Shown piece by piece: positions 9,276-17,292 of a stretch of DNA of 42,988 nt. A model generated the notes under the pieces. The model was not told the DNA's origin. It did no database searches and saw only the letters and a list, made by a program, of their open reading frames with translations. How positions within the stretch are numbered: position 1 is the first letter of the stretch; every line of letters starts with the position of its first letter. A program made the translations under genes and the position numbers. Origin of the DNA: Deltaproteobacteria bacterium (lineage in GTDB: Bacteria; Acidobacteriota; Holophagae; Holophagales; Holophagaceae); contig JAIFMW010000111.1 of NCBI GenBank assembly GCA_020048105.1, forward strand, positions 1 through 42,988, read 5' to 3'.

Positions 9276-11081
9276 ATGAGATCTGCCTCAGAAAAACAGG
9301 TTCACAACACCCTGGATGTCCTGGGGGCCGAGCTGCAGCGCATTTTGTCGCGCCGCCAATTGAGCCCCCTTTTCCAGCCCATTCTCGATACCCGAACCGG
9401 GCAGGCCTTTGGCTTCGAAGGACTAATCCGAGGACCGTCGGATACCGTTTTGCATTCCCCGATCAATCTTTTCAATGTGGCGCGCTATGCGAATCTTACG
9501 CCCCTGTTGGAGGAAGCCTGCTGTCGAACACTGCTGCAAGCCTTTGCGCGACAAGCCCCAGGTGGACGACTCTTCCTGAATGTGGGACCGGCCTTTTTTA
9601 CGAATAGTGCCCCATTCCGAATGGACGACGTCATGGCCTTCGGGTTGCGACCCGATCAAATTGTCATTGAACTCACGGAGAGTGAACCCTCATTCGACAC
9701 GGAATCCTTGCTGCGAGCCGCCGAACATTTCCGCGCCCTCGGCTTTACCATCGCGCTCGATGATCTCGGCGAAGGCTTCGCCAGCCTCAAGCTTTGGTCT
9801 GAGCTGCGCCCGGACTTCGTCAAGATCGACAAACACTTCGTTCAAGGGGTCAGTTTTGATCCCATCAAGCAGCAGTTCCTGCGCTCGATTCGAGACCTAG
9901 CGGCTGGAACCGGAGCCCGGGTGGTAGCCGAGGGCATCGAGACCGAGGCCGATCTTTCCGTGGTGCTCGAACTGGGCTTGGAATTCGTCCAGGGCTATTT
10001 GCTGGGCCGCCCGGTGCCATCCGTCACCCCACCCAATCCCCATCCGATGATGCGCAATGGAAATGACAATAGTCGCTCACCCCGTGGCTTCGGGAATCAG
10101 AATCGTTTCACCGCGAGCCGCCTCATGCAAACCGTGGAACCGGTGGATCCACGCACAGCGGTATCAAATGTCGCCGAGCGATTCTCGGCCGATCCTTCGC
10201 TCTCCACCCTACCCGTCGTGGATAGTGGAATACCGGTTGGCCTCCTGAATCGATACGCCTTCCTGGACCTGATGTCACGCCCCTTCGCGCTGGATTTGCA
10301 TGGCAAAAAAAGCTGCGACCGTTTCATGGAACGCCAACCCCTGGTGGTCGACCATGGCACCACCATTCAGGAATTAAGTCAGCTGATTGTGGATTCGGAT
10401 CCCCGGCATATTCTTTTCGGTTTCATCGTCACCCAAAATGGTGAGTACGTGGGTATTGGCAGCGGCCAGGAGCTCATGCGGGAAATAACTCGCCTGCAAA
10501 TGCAAGCAGCTCGCTACGCCAATCCCCTCACTTTGCTACCCGGCAATGTGCCCATCCACGAGCACTTGGATGGCCTTCTAGAACAAGAGCTTCCCTTCGT
10601 GGTTGGCTACTGTGATCTCGACTATTTCAAGCCCTACAACGATGTCTACGGCTATCGAAAGGGTGATGAACTCATCCAGTGGGCCGGAAAAATTTTCCAG
10701 GACGCCTGCGACCCGAATCTGGATTTCTTGGGCCACATTGGCGGCGATGATTTTGTACTTGTGCTTCGATCCGAAGACTGGTTGAAGCGCCTGGAAAGCA
10801 TTCTGCAACGCTTCCAAGAGGGTCGAACTATCTTTTTTCTTCCTTCGGATCTGGAGCGTGATGGCTACGAAACCGAAGACCGAAAAGGCAACACCGTCCT
10901 GCACCCGCTGGTTTCCGTTTCAATCGGCGTACTGCCCGTCACCTCTGGAACCTATGCCACCCATCGCGAGATTGCCACCGCTGCCAGTCACGCCAAGAAA
11001 ATGGCCAAAGGCATCGAAGGCTTCTCTCTGTTCATCGAACGCCGGAGTACTGGGATAGGCGTAACCGCACCCGGTGCATGA
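9276..11081 (+). CDS. EAL - CBS pair - GGDEF-like (GGDDF) signalling protein
   Basis: EAL blocks are present: FEGLIRGP, FLNVGP, ELTES, DDLGEGFAS, KIDKHF, EGIETE and QGYLLGRP. A central CBS-like pair follows. The C-terminal cyclase fold has DLDYFKPYNDVYGYRKGD and GHIGGDDFVLVL. The start was chosen at ATG 9276 (AAGGA 7 nt upstream); 9201 (TTG) and 9234 are alternatives. Confidence 0.8.
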   Translation: MRSASEKQVHNTLDVLGAELQRILSRRQLSPLFQPILDTRTGQAFGFEGLIRGPSDTVLHSPINLFNVARYANLTPLLEEACCRTLLQAFARQAPGGRLFLNVGPAFFTNSAPFRMDDVMAFGLRPDQIVIELTESEPSFDTESLLRAAEHFRALGFTIALDDLGEGFASLKLWSELRPDFVKIDKHFVQGVSFDPIKQQFLRSIRDLAAGTGARVVAEGIETEADLSVVLELGLEFVQGYLLGRPVPSVTPPNPHPMMRNGNDNSRSPRGFGNQNRFTASRLMQTVEPVDPRTAVSNVAERFSADPSLSTLPVVDSGIPVGLLNRYAFLDLMSRPFALDLHGKKSCDRFMERQPLVVDHGTTIQELSQLIVDSDPRHILFGFIVTQNGEYVGIGSGQELMREITRLQMQAARYANPLTLLPGNVPIHEHLDGLLEQELPFVVGYCDLDYFKPYNDVYGYRKGDELIQWAGKIFQDACDPNLDFLGHIGGDDFVLVLRSEDWLKRLESILQRFQEGRTIFFLPSDLERDGYETEDRKGNTVLHPLVSVSIGVLPVTSGTYATHREIATAASHAKKMAKGIEGFSLFIERRSTGIGVTAPGA

Positions 11082-11181
11082 CCATGCTTGCCCGGCGCGA
11101 AAGAAAACGTAGCCGACTTGCCCCTTTGCGGACACTCGTTGCTCACATCCGACGTGCTTAATGGAGCCTTGGAGGTTTGCC

Positions 11182-12135
11182 ATGTCACGTCTCACACGAA
11201 TCTTTTGGGTAATGGTGGGCTTAGTCTTGCCCGCAGCCGTTGCGCACTCGCAGGCGCTCGCCCCGCAGCAGATGCAGGAACGGTTGGAAGGCAAGATCCG
11301 CATTATCGGCTCAGACTCCATGGACCCCTTGATTCGACTTTGGGTGCAGGAGTTTCAGAAACGCCAGCCGAAGGTTGACTTTCAAATCACCTCGCATGGC
11401 TCCGGTACGGCCCCACCCGCACTTACGAAAGGCGAAGCCGAGATTGGCGCCATGAGCCGAGAAATGAATGCCAAGGAATTGGCGGCATTCACCGCGCAGC
11501 TGGGGTATGCACCCACCTCCCTTTGCGTAGGCTTCGATGCGTTGGCGATCTTTGTGAATCGCCGCAACCCACTTAAACGCATCAGCATCGAACAACTCGA
11601 CGCCATCTACAGTGAAACCAGGCTCGCAGGCTGGGCAACACCCATTCGCACCTGGCGGGATTTGGCAGGCCAAGGCTGGCGAACTTCCATCATCCGCCCG
11701 TACACCAGAGACGAAAAAAGCGGAACACGCGCCCTGTTCATGGAACAAGTGGCGCAGAAGGGTGGCCTGCTCCGGAAGGAAATCGAAGTTGCCGACCAAA
11801 TGGGAATTCTGGAAGCCATTGGCCAGAATGTCCGGGCCATTGGGTATGGGCCCACCAATTACTTGAACCCGCAGGTGCGCTTGGTGCCTCTCGCTGCCAA
11901 GGGCTCCCAAACGCCTTTGGAACCCACGACCAAAAATATTCGCACGGGTGATTACGCCCTGGCCCGTCGGCTCTACTTCTACGTCAACCTTCCAGCCAGT
12001 ACCCCGCTGACACCCGCACTTCACACGTTCCTGAAATTCGTGCTTTCCAAAAATGGACAAGACCTTGCAACGGGTTATGGCGCCGTGAGCCTGGATCCCT
12101 CTTTTGCGGATTCTCAAGCCAGCCAGTTGCGCTGA
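11182..12135 (+). CDS. PstS-family (PBP_like_2) periplasmic phosphate-binding protein paralogue
   Basis: GGAGG lies 6 nt before ATG 11182. The signal peptide is MSRLTRIFWVMVGLVLPAAVAHSQA. Family blocks are IIGSDSM, HGSGTAPPAL and EIGAMSREM. It is distinct from the canonical pstS at 21072-22106. Confidence 0.8.
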   Translation: MSRLTRIFWVMVGLVLPAAVAHSQALAPQQMQERLEGKIRIIGSDSMDPLIRLWVQEFQKRQPKVDFQITSHGSGTAPPALTKGEAEIGAMSREMNAKELAAFTAQLGYAPTSLCVGFDALAIFVNRRNPLKRISIEQLDAIYSETRLAGWATPIRTWRDLAGQGWRTSIIRPYTRDEKSGTRALFMEQVAQKGGLLRKEIEVADQMGILEAIGQNVRAIGYGPTNYLNPQVRLVPLAAKGSQTPLEPTTKNIRTGDYALARRLYFYVNLPASTPLTPALHTFLKFVLSKNGQDLATGYGAVSLDPSFADSQASQLR

Positions 12136-12142
12136 GGATGTC

Positions 12143-13588
12143 ATGACAACGTATACAGCTCTTGGCTCCACCCTTCTGGCCGAATGCTTGGCCGTGGATC
12201 CTTTTGGTTCCGTGCATCGCGGTATTGAACGTGACGGATCCCCGGCCGGGCGCAATGTCCTGGTCCGCCGCTATCACGACACCTGGCTCTCGGAAGGACT
12301 CCTGGCGCGCCACAGCGAAATTCGTCGAAATCTCATTTACCTCGGCAGTGTCCAGCTGTTCCAAGGTGTCCATCTGAGCCAAGACGATGCGCCCCACTTG
12401 GTCTGGCCCCTTTGCCAAGGGCGAAGCCTCGCCACGGTCCTACGCGTGGCCGAAGAGCAGGAACTCCCCTTCGGCCTCGATCAATCGCTGTTTCTGATCT
12501 GGGTGCTCTCTCACCATATCGCGCAGCTGCATCGCGCCAAGCTGCCCTTGGGCTTCCTCTCGCCCCACCGAGTCTGGGTTGGCTTTGATGGCCTCGTAGA
12601 ATTACTGGACGCGCCTGTCATCACGATTCTCGAAGACATCCTGCCCAACGTTCCTGGCGCGATGGAAGCCATGGCGCCCTACCGCCAAGGACCTCATCGC
12701 GAAGGCATCATGCACGATGCTTTCCAGATGGGCGCCCTGCTCTTCAAGATGCTGTTTCACAAACCGTTGCCCATGGATATCCCCCTGGACCACTCGATTG
12801 AAACCGCGCGTCTGCAATCGCCCGAAGGCACGGAGCCCCTGCCCGTTCTCATCAAGGAACTCTTGGCTCGATTGCTGGGCTTGAGTCGCCCCTTTGCCGA
12901 CCTTGAAGCACTGGAGGCCCACCTCGAAAACACCATGTTTGGCGACGATTCCTTCAACCCCACCACCTTCGGCCTTGCCTTCACGATGCACACCTTGTTT
13001 CGCAAGGAAGTGGAGCTGGAAAAACAGGCCATGGAAGCCGAGCGCCTGAATCCAAGGCTCTTCGCCTTGCTTGAGACACCGGCAGAAAGCCTGACCGAAC
13101 CACTCCAGCCGAGCCGAATGCCCCTGTTCAAGCGTGTCGCAACCTACGCGGCAGCCTTTCTGGTGGGTGCCGCTGCCTTAGGCGCCTGGATGCTTCCATC
13201 CCGCTTGAGGGCGCCCATCGAAACAGCTGGCCAACCGCCTTCCCCTCGTTCCCTCCAGGCAGTTCAACTTCCCGAACCTCTCCATGCGCCGAGCGAATCA
13301 ACACCGGTGCCCAACCCTCTTCCGGAGTCTCAGCCAATCGTTGTGAAACCGATTAGCCCAGCTCCCCAAAGCCTCCCACTTCCCACGCCGACCAGTCCGG
13401 TTAAGCTCCGCGTGTTTGTAGACGAGAAAGGGCGTATTCGACAGGCCCTTGTTCAAGATGGCGCAGCGAAAGGCAGCGATCGTGAAGCCAGAGCCATCGA
13501 ACTAGCCATGGGCAAACACCTCCCCCCGTCTCTGGAAAACGGTGTCGCAATAAGGTTTTGGACCCAACTTACGGTCCAAGTGAAGTGA
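12143..13588 (+). CDS. Membrane protein: degenerate kinase-like N-terminal domain, TM, Pro-rich linker, TonB_C-like C-terminus
   Basis: GAGGA overlaps the stop of the upstream gene, so the two are coupled. The N-terminus aligns by eye to a protein-kinase fold, but VAIK is VLVRR, HRD is LSPHRV and DFG is LDAP. One TM is present (VATYAAAFLVGAAALGAWML). The linker is rich in P/S/Q. The last ~70 aa (VKLRVFVDEKGRIRQALV...IRFWTQLTVQV) are TonB_C-like. Confidence 0.6.
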   Translation: MTTYTALGSTLLAECLAVDPFGSVHRGIERDGSPAGRNVLVRRYHDTWLSEGLLARHSEIRRNLIYLGSVQLFQGVHLSQDDAPHLVWPLCQGRSLATVLRVAEEQELPFGLDQSLFLIWVLSHHIAQLHRAKLPLGFLSPHRVWVGFDGLVELLDAPVITILEDILPNVPGAMEAMAPYRQGPHREGIMHDAFQMGALLFKMLFHKPLPMDIPLDHSIETARLQSPEGTEPLPVLIKELLARLLGLSRPFADLEALEAHLENTMFGDDSFNPTTFGLAFTMHTLFRKEVELEKQAMEAERLNPRLFALLETPAESLTEPLQPSRMPLFKRVATYAAAFLVGAAALGAWMLPSRLRAPIETAGQPPSPRSLQAVQLPEPLHAPSESTPVPNPLPESQPIVVKPISPAPQSLPLPTPTSPVKLRVFVDEKGRIRQALVQDGAAKGSDREARAIELAMGKHLPPSLENGVAIRFWTQLTVQVK

Positions 13589-13635
13589 CCGGCTCTGAAC
13601 CAGAACAACACAGGTTGTCACAACGATGTAAATGT

Positions 13636-13677
13636 ACGAATGAGTTCGTTGACATATTACGAACTGGTTCGTATGTT
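13636..13677 (+). promoter_or_regulatory. Sigma70-like promoter with two related palindromes (putative operators)
   Basis: TTGACA (13649-13654), a 17-nt spacer and TATGTT (13672-13677). The palindrome TACGAAC-TG-GTTCGTA (13658-13673) lies inside the spacer. ACGAA-TGAG-TTCGT (13636-13649) abuts the -35. Their centres are 23 bp apart. Confidence 0.5.
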
Positions 13678-13705
13678 GGATCTACTCCCATTGCGAGGTC
13701 GATCC

Positions 13706-14896
13706 ATGCGATTTGCCCGGACCCTAGGCCCCCTGTTCCTGCTGCTTTTAGCCTGTAAGGCACCCACGCCCAGACCTGCTCTTTCTGCCACCCAGATTTG
13801 GGCGGCCCAGGTGCAGGAGGCCGGAACCAAACCAGCGGCAGCCATTCCTGACCGCGAACGGGCCGAATTTGCTCAGGGCTTCGAGAATGGGGCCGCCATG
13901 GTGCGTAGGGCGCTCGACACCGGCAGGAAGCCCTTCGTGCTGCTTCCAGACCGGCTGGCAACGCCACCAGCTCCAAAGCTGCTGGGCCCCTTGCCCGAGG
14001 GCGTGACGCTGGCTCCTGACCCCCTACGAGTGGAATTAGACACCGCCACGGGTTTGCGAATTTGGGCGTGGGGTGCGGTGGAAGGCTCGGTCTATTCTCG
14101 CGGGCAGAAGGAAGGCTTTGCCTGGGCCCTGTCGCATCATGGCCAAAGCCTCGTTCAGCCACGGCGGCCTTCGATCATCCCCGAGCGATGGGTTCGCTGG
14201 CCCAAGGAGGCCGCCAGCCTCAACCTGGAAATAGCCACTCGCAAAGCCGAGGTCCATTGGACGCCCCAGGCCCTGTTCTGGAAAGCCTCGGGAGAGGGTT
14301 TCCCAATCGAACATCGGTGGCATCCGGCCGATGAAGCCTGGAGGCCTCGCTTCGCGGCGCTCCAGGAAGATGTGCTCTGGCTGGATACGCTCGGGCACGG
14401 TGCCGTGGCTCTGGATCTGGAAACGGGCTATATCCGGGATCTGAAACCATCGCCAAATCCTGCTGAACTGGAAGCAACCCTGGATGCGAAAGCCGCTGCC
14501 GAGAAGAATCGGATTCAGGAAATTTTGAAAGAATCCACCCCCGAAGCATCGCGCAAACGCTGGCAGGAAAATGCCAACTCCCCTCTGGCTCAGGCGATGC
14601 GCAAGGAACTGCGAGGGCAGGCCGAAAAAGGGAATCCTGAATTTATGTTCATGTTGGCCCTGAACCTCGCCAATCTCGGCGTTGCCGAAGAAGCCGAGGG
14701 TGCAACCTGGCTTCGCAAAGCCGCCGAGCAAGGCCATCCCGAGGCCATGAGTTTTCTGGGTGCCTGGCACTATGAAGGGCGCTGCGTCGAAAAATCGGAA
14801 ACCCTGGCCAGGAAATGGTTAGAGAAAGCGGCCAAGGCCGGTGATGGGGAGGCCAAAAAAATGCTGGCATCCCTGTTTGGAACATCGCGGCCATAG
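13706..14896 (+). CDS. Lipoprotein with C-terminal Sel1/TPR-like repeats
   Basis: GAGG lies upstream of ATG 13706. The signal is lipobox-like (MRFARTLGPLFLLLLAC). C-terminal Sel1-like repeats are present (AEQGHPEAMSFLGAWHYEG...ARKWLEKAAKAGDGEAKKML). Confidence 0.7.
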   Translation: MRFARTLGPLFLLLLACKAPTPRPALSATQIWAAQVQEAGTKPAAAIPDRERAEFAQGFENGAAMVRRALDTGRKPFVLLPDRLATPPAPKLLGPLPEGVTLAPDPLRVELDTATGLRIWAWGAVEGSVYSRGQKEGFAWALSHHGQSLVQPRRPSIIPERWVRWPKEAASLNLEIATRKAEVHWTPQALFWKASGEGFPIEHRWHPADEAWRPRFAALQEDVLWLDTLGHGAVALDLETGYIRDLKPSPNPAELEATLDAKAAAEKNRIQEILKESTPEASRKRWQENANSPLAQAMRKELRGQAEKGNPEFMFMLALNLANLGVAEEAEGATWLRKAAEQGHPEAMSFLGAWHYEGRCVEKSETLARKWLEKAAKAGDGEAKKMLASLFGTSRP

Positions 14897-14950
14897 CCCG
14901 ACGGCATCATCCGCCAAAAAATTGCGGTGAACTTGATCGATGCGTGGCCC

Positions 14951-15400
14951 CTAAAGGAGGCGATTGCTGGGTGTTCCCGATTGAAGGAACGAGGCAAACT
15001 GCACGGAAGGCGCGCTCTGAAGGCTCAAGTCCACCAGAATGCCGAATCTTTCGGCGGTGAGCAGATCCTGATGAAACGATTTCCAGGTAATTCCAAAATC
15101 GAGCAAATTGATTCGCGCAACGGCCCTCAGCAGGTCGGTGGGGTGCTGCAGGTAGGGCTGCGGCTCATGCAATTCGAAGCCTTCCAGAACCAGCGCACCG
15201 ATGATTGCAGCCCGAAATCGCAACTCGGCGCCATCCAACAAGCTGTCCAAAGTCACGGTGTTGGAGAAACTATTTTGCGCGCTCCAAGGAACCTCCACAG
15301 GAGTAGCATTTCCCCCCGTTCTGTGATCGAGGATTTGAGGTCTGGCAGTGGGACTGGATTCAATTCTGGAAACCAAGGGCATCAACGCAGCGTGCAGCAT
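14951..15400 (-). CDS. Hypothetical protein (149 aa)
   Basis: AGGAGG (15407-15412) lies 6 nt before ATG 15400. The minus-frame translation looks protein-like, whereas the opposite-strand 170-aa ORF is R/G/Q/S-rich. I recognise no family. Confidence 0.55.
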   Translation of the reverse strand: MLHAALMPLVSRIESSPTARPQILDHRTGGNATPVEVPWSAQNSFSNTVTLDSLLDGAELRFRAAIIGALVLEGFELHEPQPYLQHPTDLLRAVARINLLDFGITWKSFHQDLLTAERFGILVDLSLQSAPSVQFASFLQSGTPSNRLL

Positions 15401-15531
15401 CGCTTTCCTCCTGTCAGAAAGGATCTGCACCCAGGGTGAAGAAGACGTGAAGGGTGTGTGACAAGTCCGCAGATTCGTCGCCCAAAGTGGTGGTTTTCCC
15501 GCAGACCCCATCGTGGAGGTGCAATCCGCGA

Positions 15532-15693
15532 TCAGCGCAAAAAGACCCAACCCGCTGGCTCAGGGTTGCTCTGGATGGGTCTATGCACCATTCGCCAACC
15601 GCCCACGAGCACTAGGATTACCCCCAATAGGAAAAGCGTAAACGGCAGCCAGCGAGCGGCACTAACCTCATGGGACTTATTCGTAATCGCCAA
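15532..15693 (-). CDS. Possible 53-aa single-TM small protein
   Basis: This ORF is below the track cutoff and was found by reading the sequence. GAGG is followed by a 7-nt spacer and TTG (15693). The translation is MAITNKSHEVSAARWLPFTLFLLGVILVLVGGWRMVHRPIQSNPEPAGWVFLR. Confidence 0.25.
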   Translation of the reverse strand: MAITNKSHEVSAARWLPFTLFLLGVILVLVGGWRMVHRPIQSNPEPAGWVFLR

Positions 15694-15780
15694 TTTGTCA
15701 CCTCACGATTCGATAAACGCACCTTCTGATGACCTACTCGACCTAGGCGCACACGCCTAGCGATCAAATGACTTTGTCGA

Positions 15781-15808
15781 CAAGAAAGCGCCCCAACAGG
15801 GGCGCTCT
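15781..15808 (-). terminator. Intrinsic terminator of the porin gene
   Basis: On the minus strand AGCGCCCC-TGTT-GGGGCGCT is followed by TTCTTG. It lies about 25 nt past the stop at 15831. Confidence 0.7.
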
Positions 15809-15830
15809 CTTTGGCGAATTGAGATTTAAA

Positions 15831-17069
15831 TCAGAACGCGATCTGGAAGGCCACCACGAGGCTATCACCACCCTGCTCACCGGTCTGGATGGTGGGGGTA
15901 GCGCGGGGCACCAGGAAGTTCTTGCTGCGCATGACGTAGTTCACCTTGATGTTGGCGGCCTTCACACTGTCCGGCTTGAAGGCATAGGTGTAGCCAAGGG
16001 TGATCTCCGTGAACTCAGGGGTGTAGTCCACGGCAGAACCGTTCACGAGGCGGGGCGTACCCAAGGCGGTGTGGGTGTATGGGTTGTAGGGCGTGTACCA
16101 GTCGCCACCCTGGTTGTAGTTCATGAAGTCGTAGCGGCCAAGGACCGTGTGGTTACCAAAGGTGTAGCCCATGGTGGCCGTGTAGGTGAGGAACTTCTGG
16201 TCAAGATGCTCCCGCTTCACCGCGGGAGCGCTCGCGGCGAGGGTGGGGAAGCGGCGGCCCAGCTGTCCAGTGAGGGCTTCAAAGGAGGCATACCAATCGG
16301 AGGTGCTGAACTGGTAGAAAGCGCCCAGATTGCTCGTCTTGTCCTTGTTGTCGTAGATGGCTGCCTGATTAGGCCAGCCTGCGGGAGGCGCGGCAGGCGC
16401 GATAGCCGCGGCGGTCGTATCCTTAACATCGGAACTTCCCTGCAGGGCGTAGAAGCCGAACTTGTGCGCCCTGCCGTAGTTCATTTCCAGGCGGGCTGCG
16501 TACTCTTTCTGGGCATTGACGTCGTTGTTCTTGGCGCTCCCACCAAAGACACCCACGTGGATCTTGCCGCCAAAGGCCTTGGGATCGCCGAAGGGGAAGC
16601 TTAGGGCCGCGCCACGATCACGGTTGTCAGTGATCTGGCGTCCAGACTGAGAACGCTCCACCAGGACCAGTTCCGAGGAAGAGGTCTCGTGACCCTGGAG
16701 GGTCTTGAACTGCCCCACCTTCAGTTCCGCACCAAATGGGGTTTTGTAGATAATGGCGGCGTCCTGCAGAATGCTGCCGGAGCTGATGGTGGGATCGATC
16801 ATCGCCTCGTAGGAAACCTCATCCGTGATCTTGCCCGAGAACTTGATTTCCGCACGGCGGATGCTGAAGCTGTTCTCCTGGAATTCGCTGCGGAGGTTGT
16901 AGTACTTGTTCGGTGCCACACTCGTGCTGTTCAAACGGAGATTGTTGTCCAGCATCTGGGTATACCAGACCTGCAGGAGGCCGCTGATCTTGGGCGCCTG
17001 GGCCTGAGCGGTGGAGAGACCAGCCAGCGCGATGGCGGTGCCGGCAAGCAAACGAAGATTACGGGACAT
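15831..17069 (-). CDS. Phosphate-selective porin O/P family outer-membrane protein
   Basis: GGAGGA precedes ATG 17069. The signal peptide is MSRNLRLLAGTAIALAGLSTAQA. OprO/P-like blocks are GLLQVWY and SFSIRRAEIKFSGKI. The C-terminus is beta-barrel-like (VVAFQIAF). It sits inside the Pho gene block. Confidence 0.8.
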   Translation of the reverse strand: MSRNLRLLAGTAIALAGLSTAQAQAPKISGLLQVWYTQMLDNNLRLNSTSVAPNKYYNLRSEFQENSFSIRRAEIKFSGKITDEVSYEAMIDPTISSGSILQDAAIIYKTPFGAELKVGQFKTLQGHETSSSELVLVERSQSGRQITDNRDRGAALSFPFGDPKAFGGKIHVGVFGGSAKNNDVNAQKEYAARLEMNYGRAHKFGFYALQGSSDVKDTTAAAIAPAAPPAGWPNQAAIYDNKDKTSNLGAFYQFSTSDWYASFEALTGQLGRRFPTLAASAPAVKREHLDQKFLTYTATMGYTFGNHTVLGRYDFMNYNQGGDWYTPYNPYTHTALGTPRLVNGSAVDYTPEFTEITLGYTYAFKPDSVKAANIKVNYVMRSKNFLVPRATPTIQTGEQGGDSLVVAFQIAF

Positions 17070-17137
17070 GTGTCCTCCGTGAAAAGTCCGGGCGTACCCA
17101 GAATTGGTTTCTTCCGAGAAGCTCAACAGATTCCATG

Positions 17138-17174
17138 GTGACGGAGCTATGTGAAGGTTCCATGAAGGTTCCGC
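17138..17174 (-). promoter_or_regulatory. Putative Pho-box-like direct repeats upstream of the porin gene
   Basis: The minus strand reads GGAACCTTCAT / GGAACCTTCAC, an exact 11-bp tandem (17153-17174). CTCCGTCAC (17138-17146) follows 13 nt later. The units resemble the phoB-upstream units (ACCGTCAC, ACCGTCTC). Confidence 0.45.
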
Positions 17175-17292
17175 CACGATTCAGGAACTATCGAGTGTCA
17201 ATTTTGTGTCGAGAAATTTGGCTCATTTTTTGGAAATGGATCCGTGTAAACCAAGCATGCAACATTCGAATTTTCGAACCGCACAACTCTCG

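Noticed and set aside
13636-13673. The palindromes upstream of the Sel1 gene as a LexA (Cheo-type GAAC-N4-GTTC) SOS box.
   Set aside because: The spacing is GAAC-N2-GTTC and GAA-N6-TTC, not N4. No SOS gene is nearby, so I kept them as generic operators only.
13569-14162. A 197-aa minus-strand ORF spanning the gap between the pseudokinase gene and the Sel1 gene.
   Set aside because: It is antisense to two better-supported plus-strand genes and to the promoter between them. Its composition is Pro/Arg/Gly-rich and it has no SD.
14927-15439. A 170-aa plus-strand ORF opposite the 149-aa hypothetical gene.
   Set aside because: The minus-strand frame has a perfect AGGAGG-N6-ATG and protein-like composition. 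The plus-strand product is R/G/Q/S-rich and lacks an SD.
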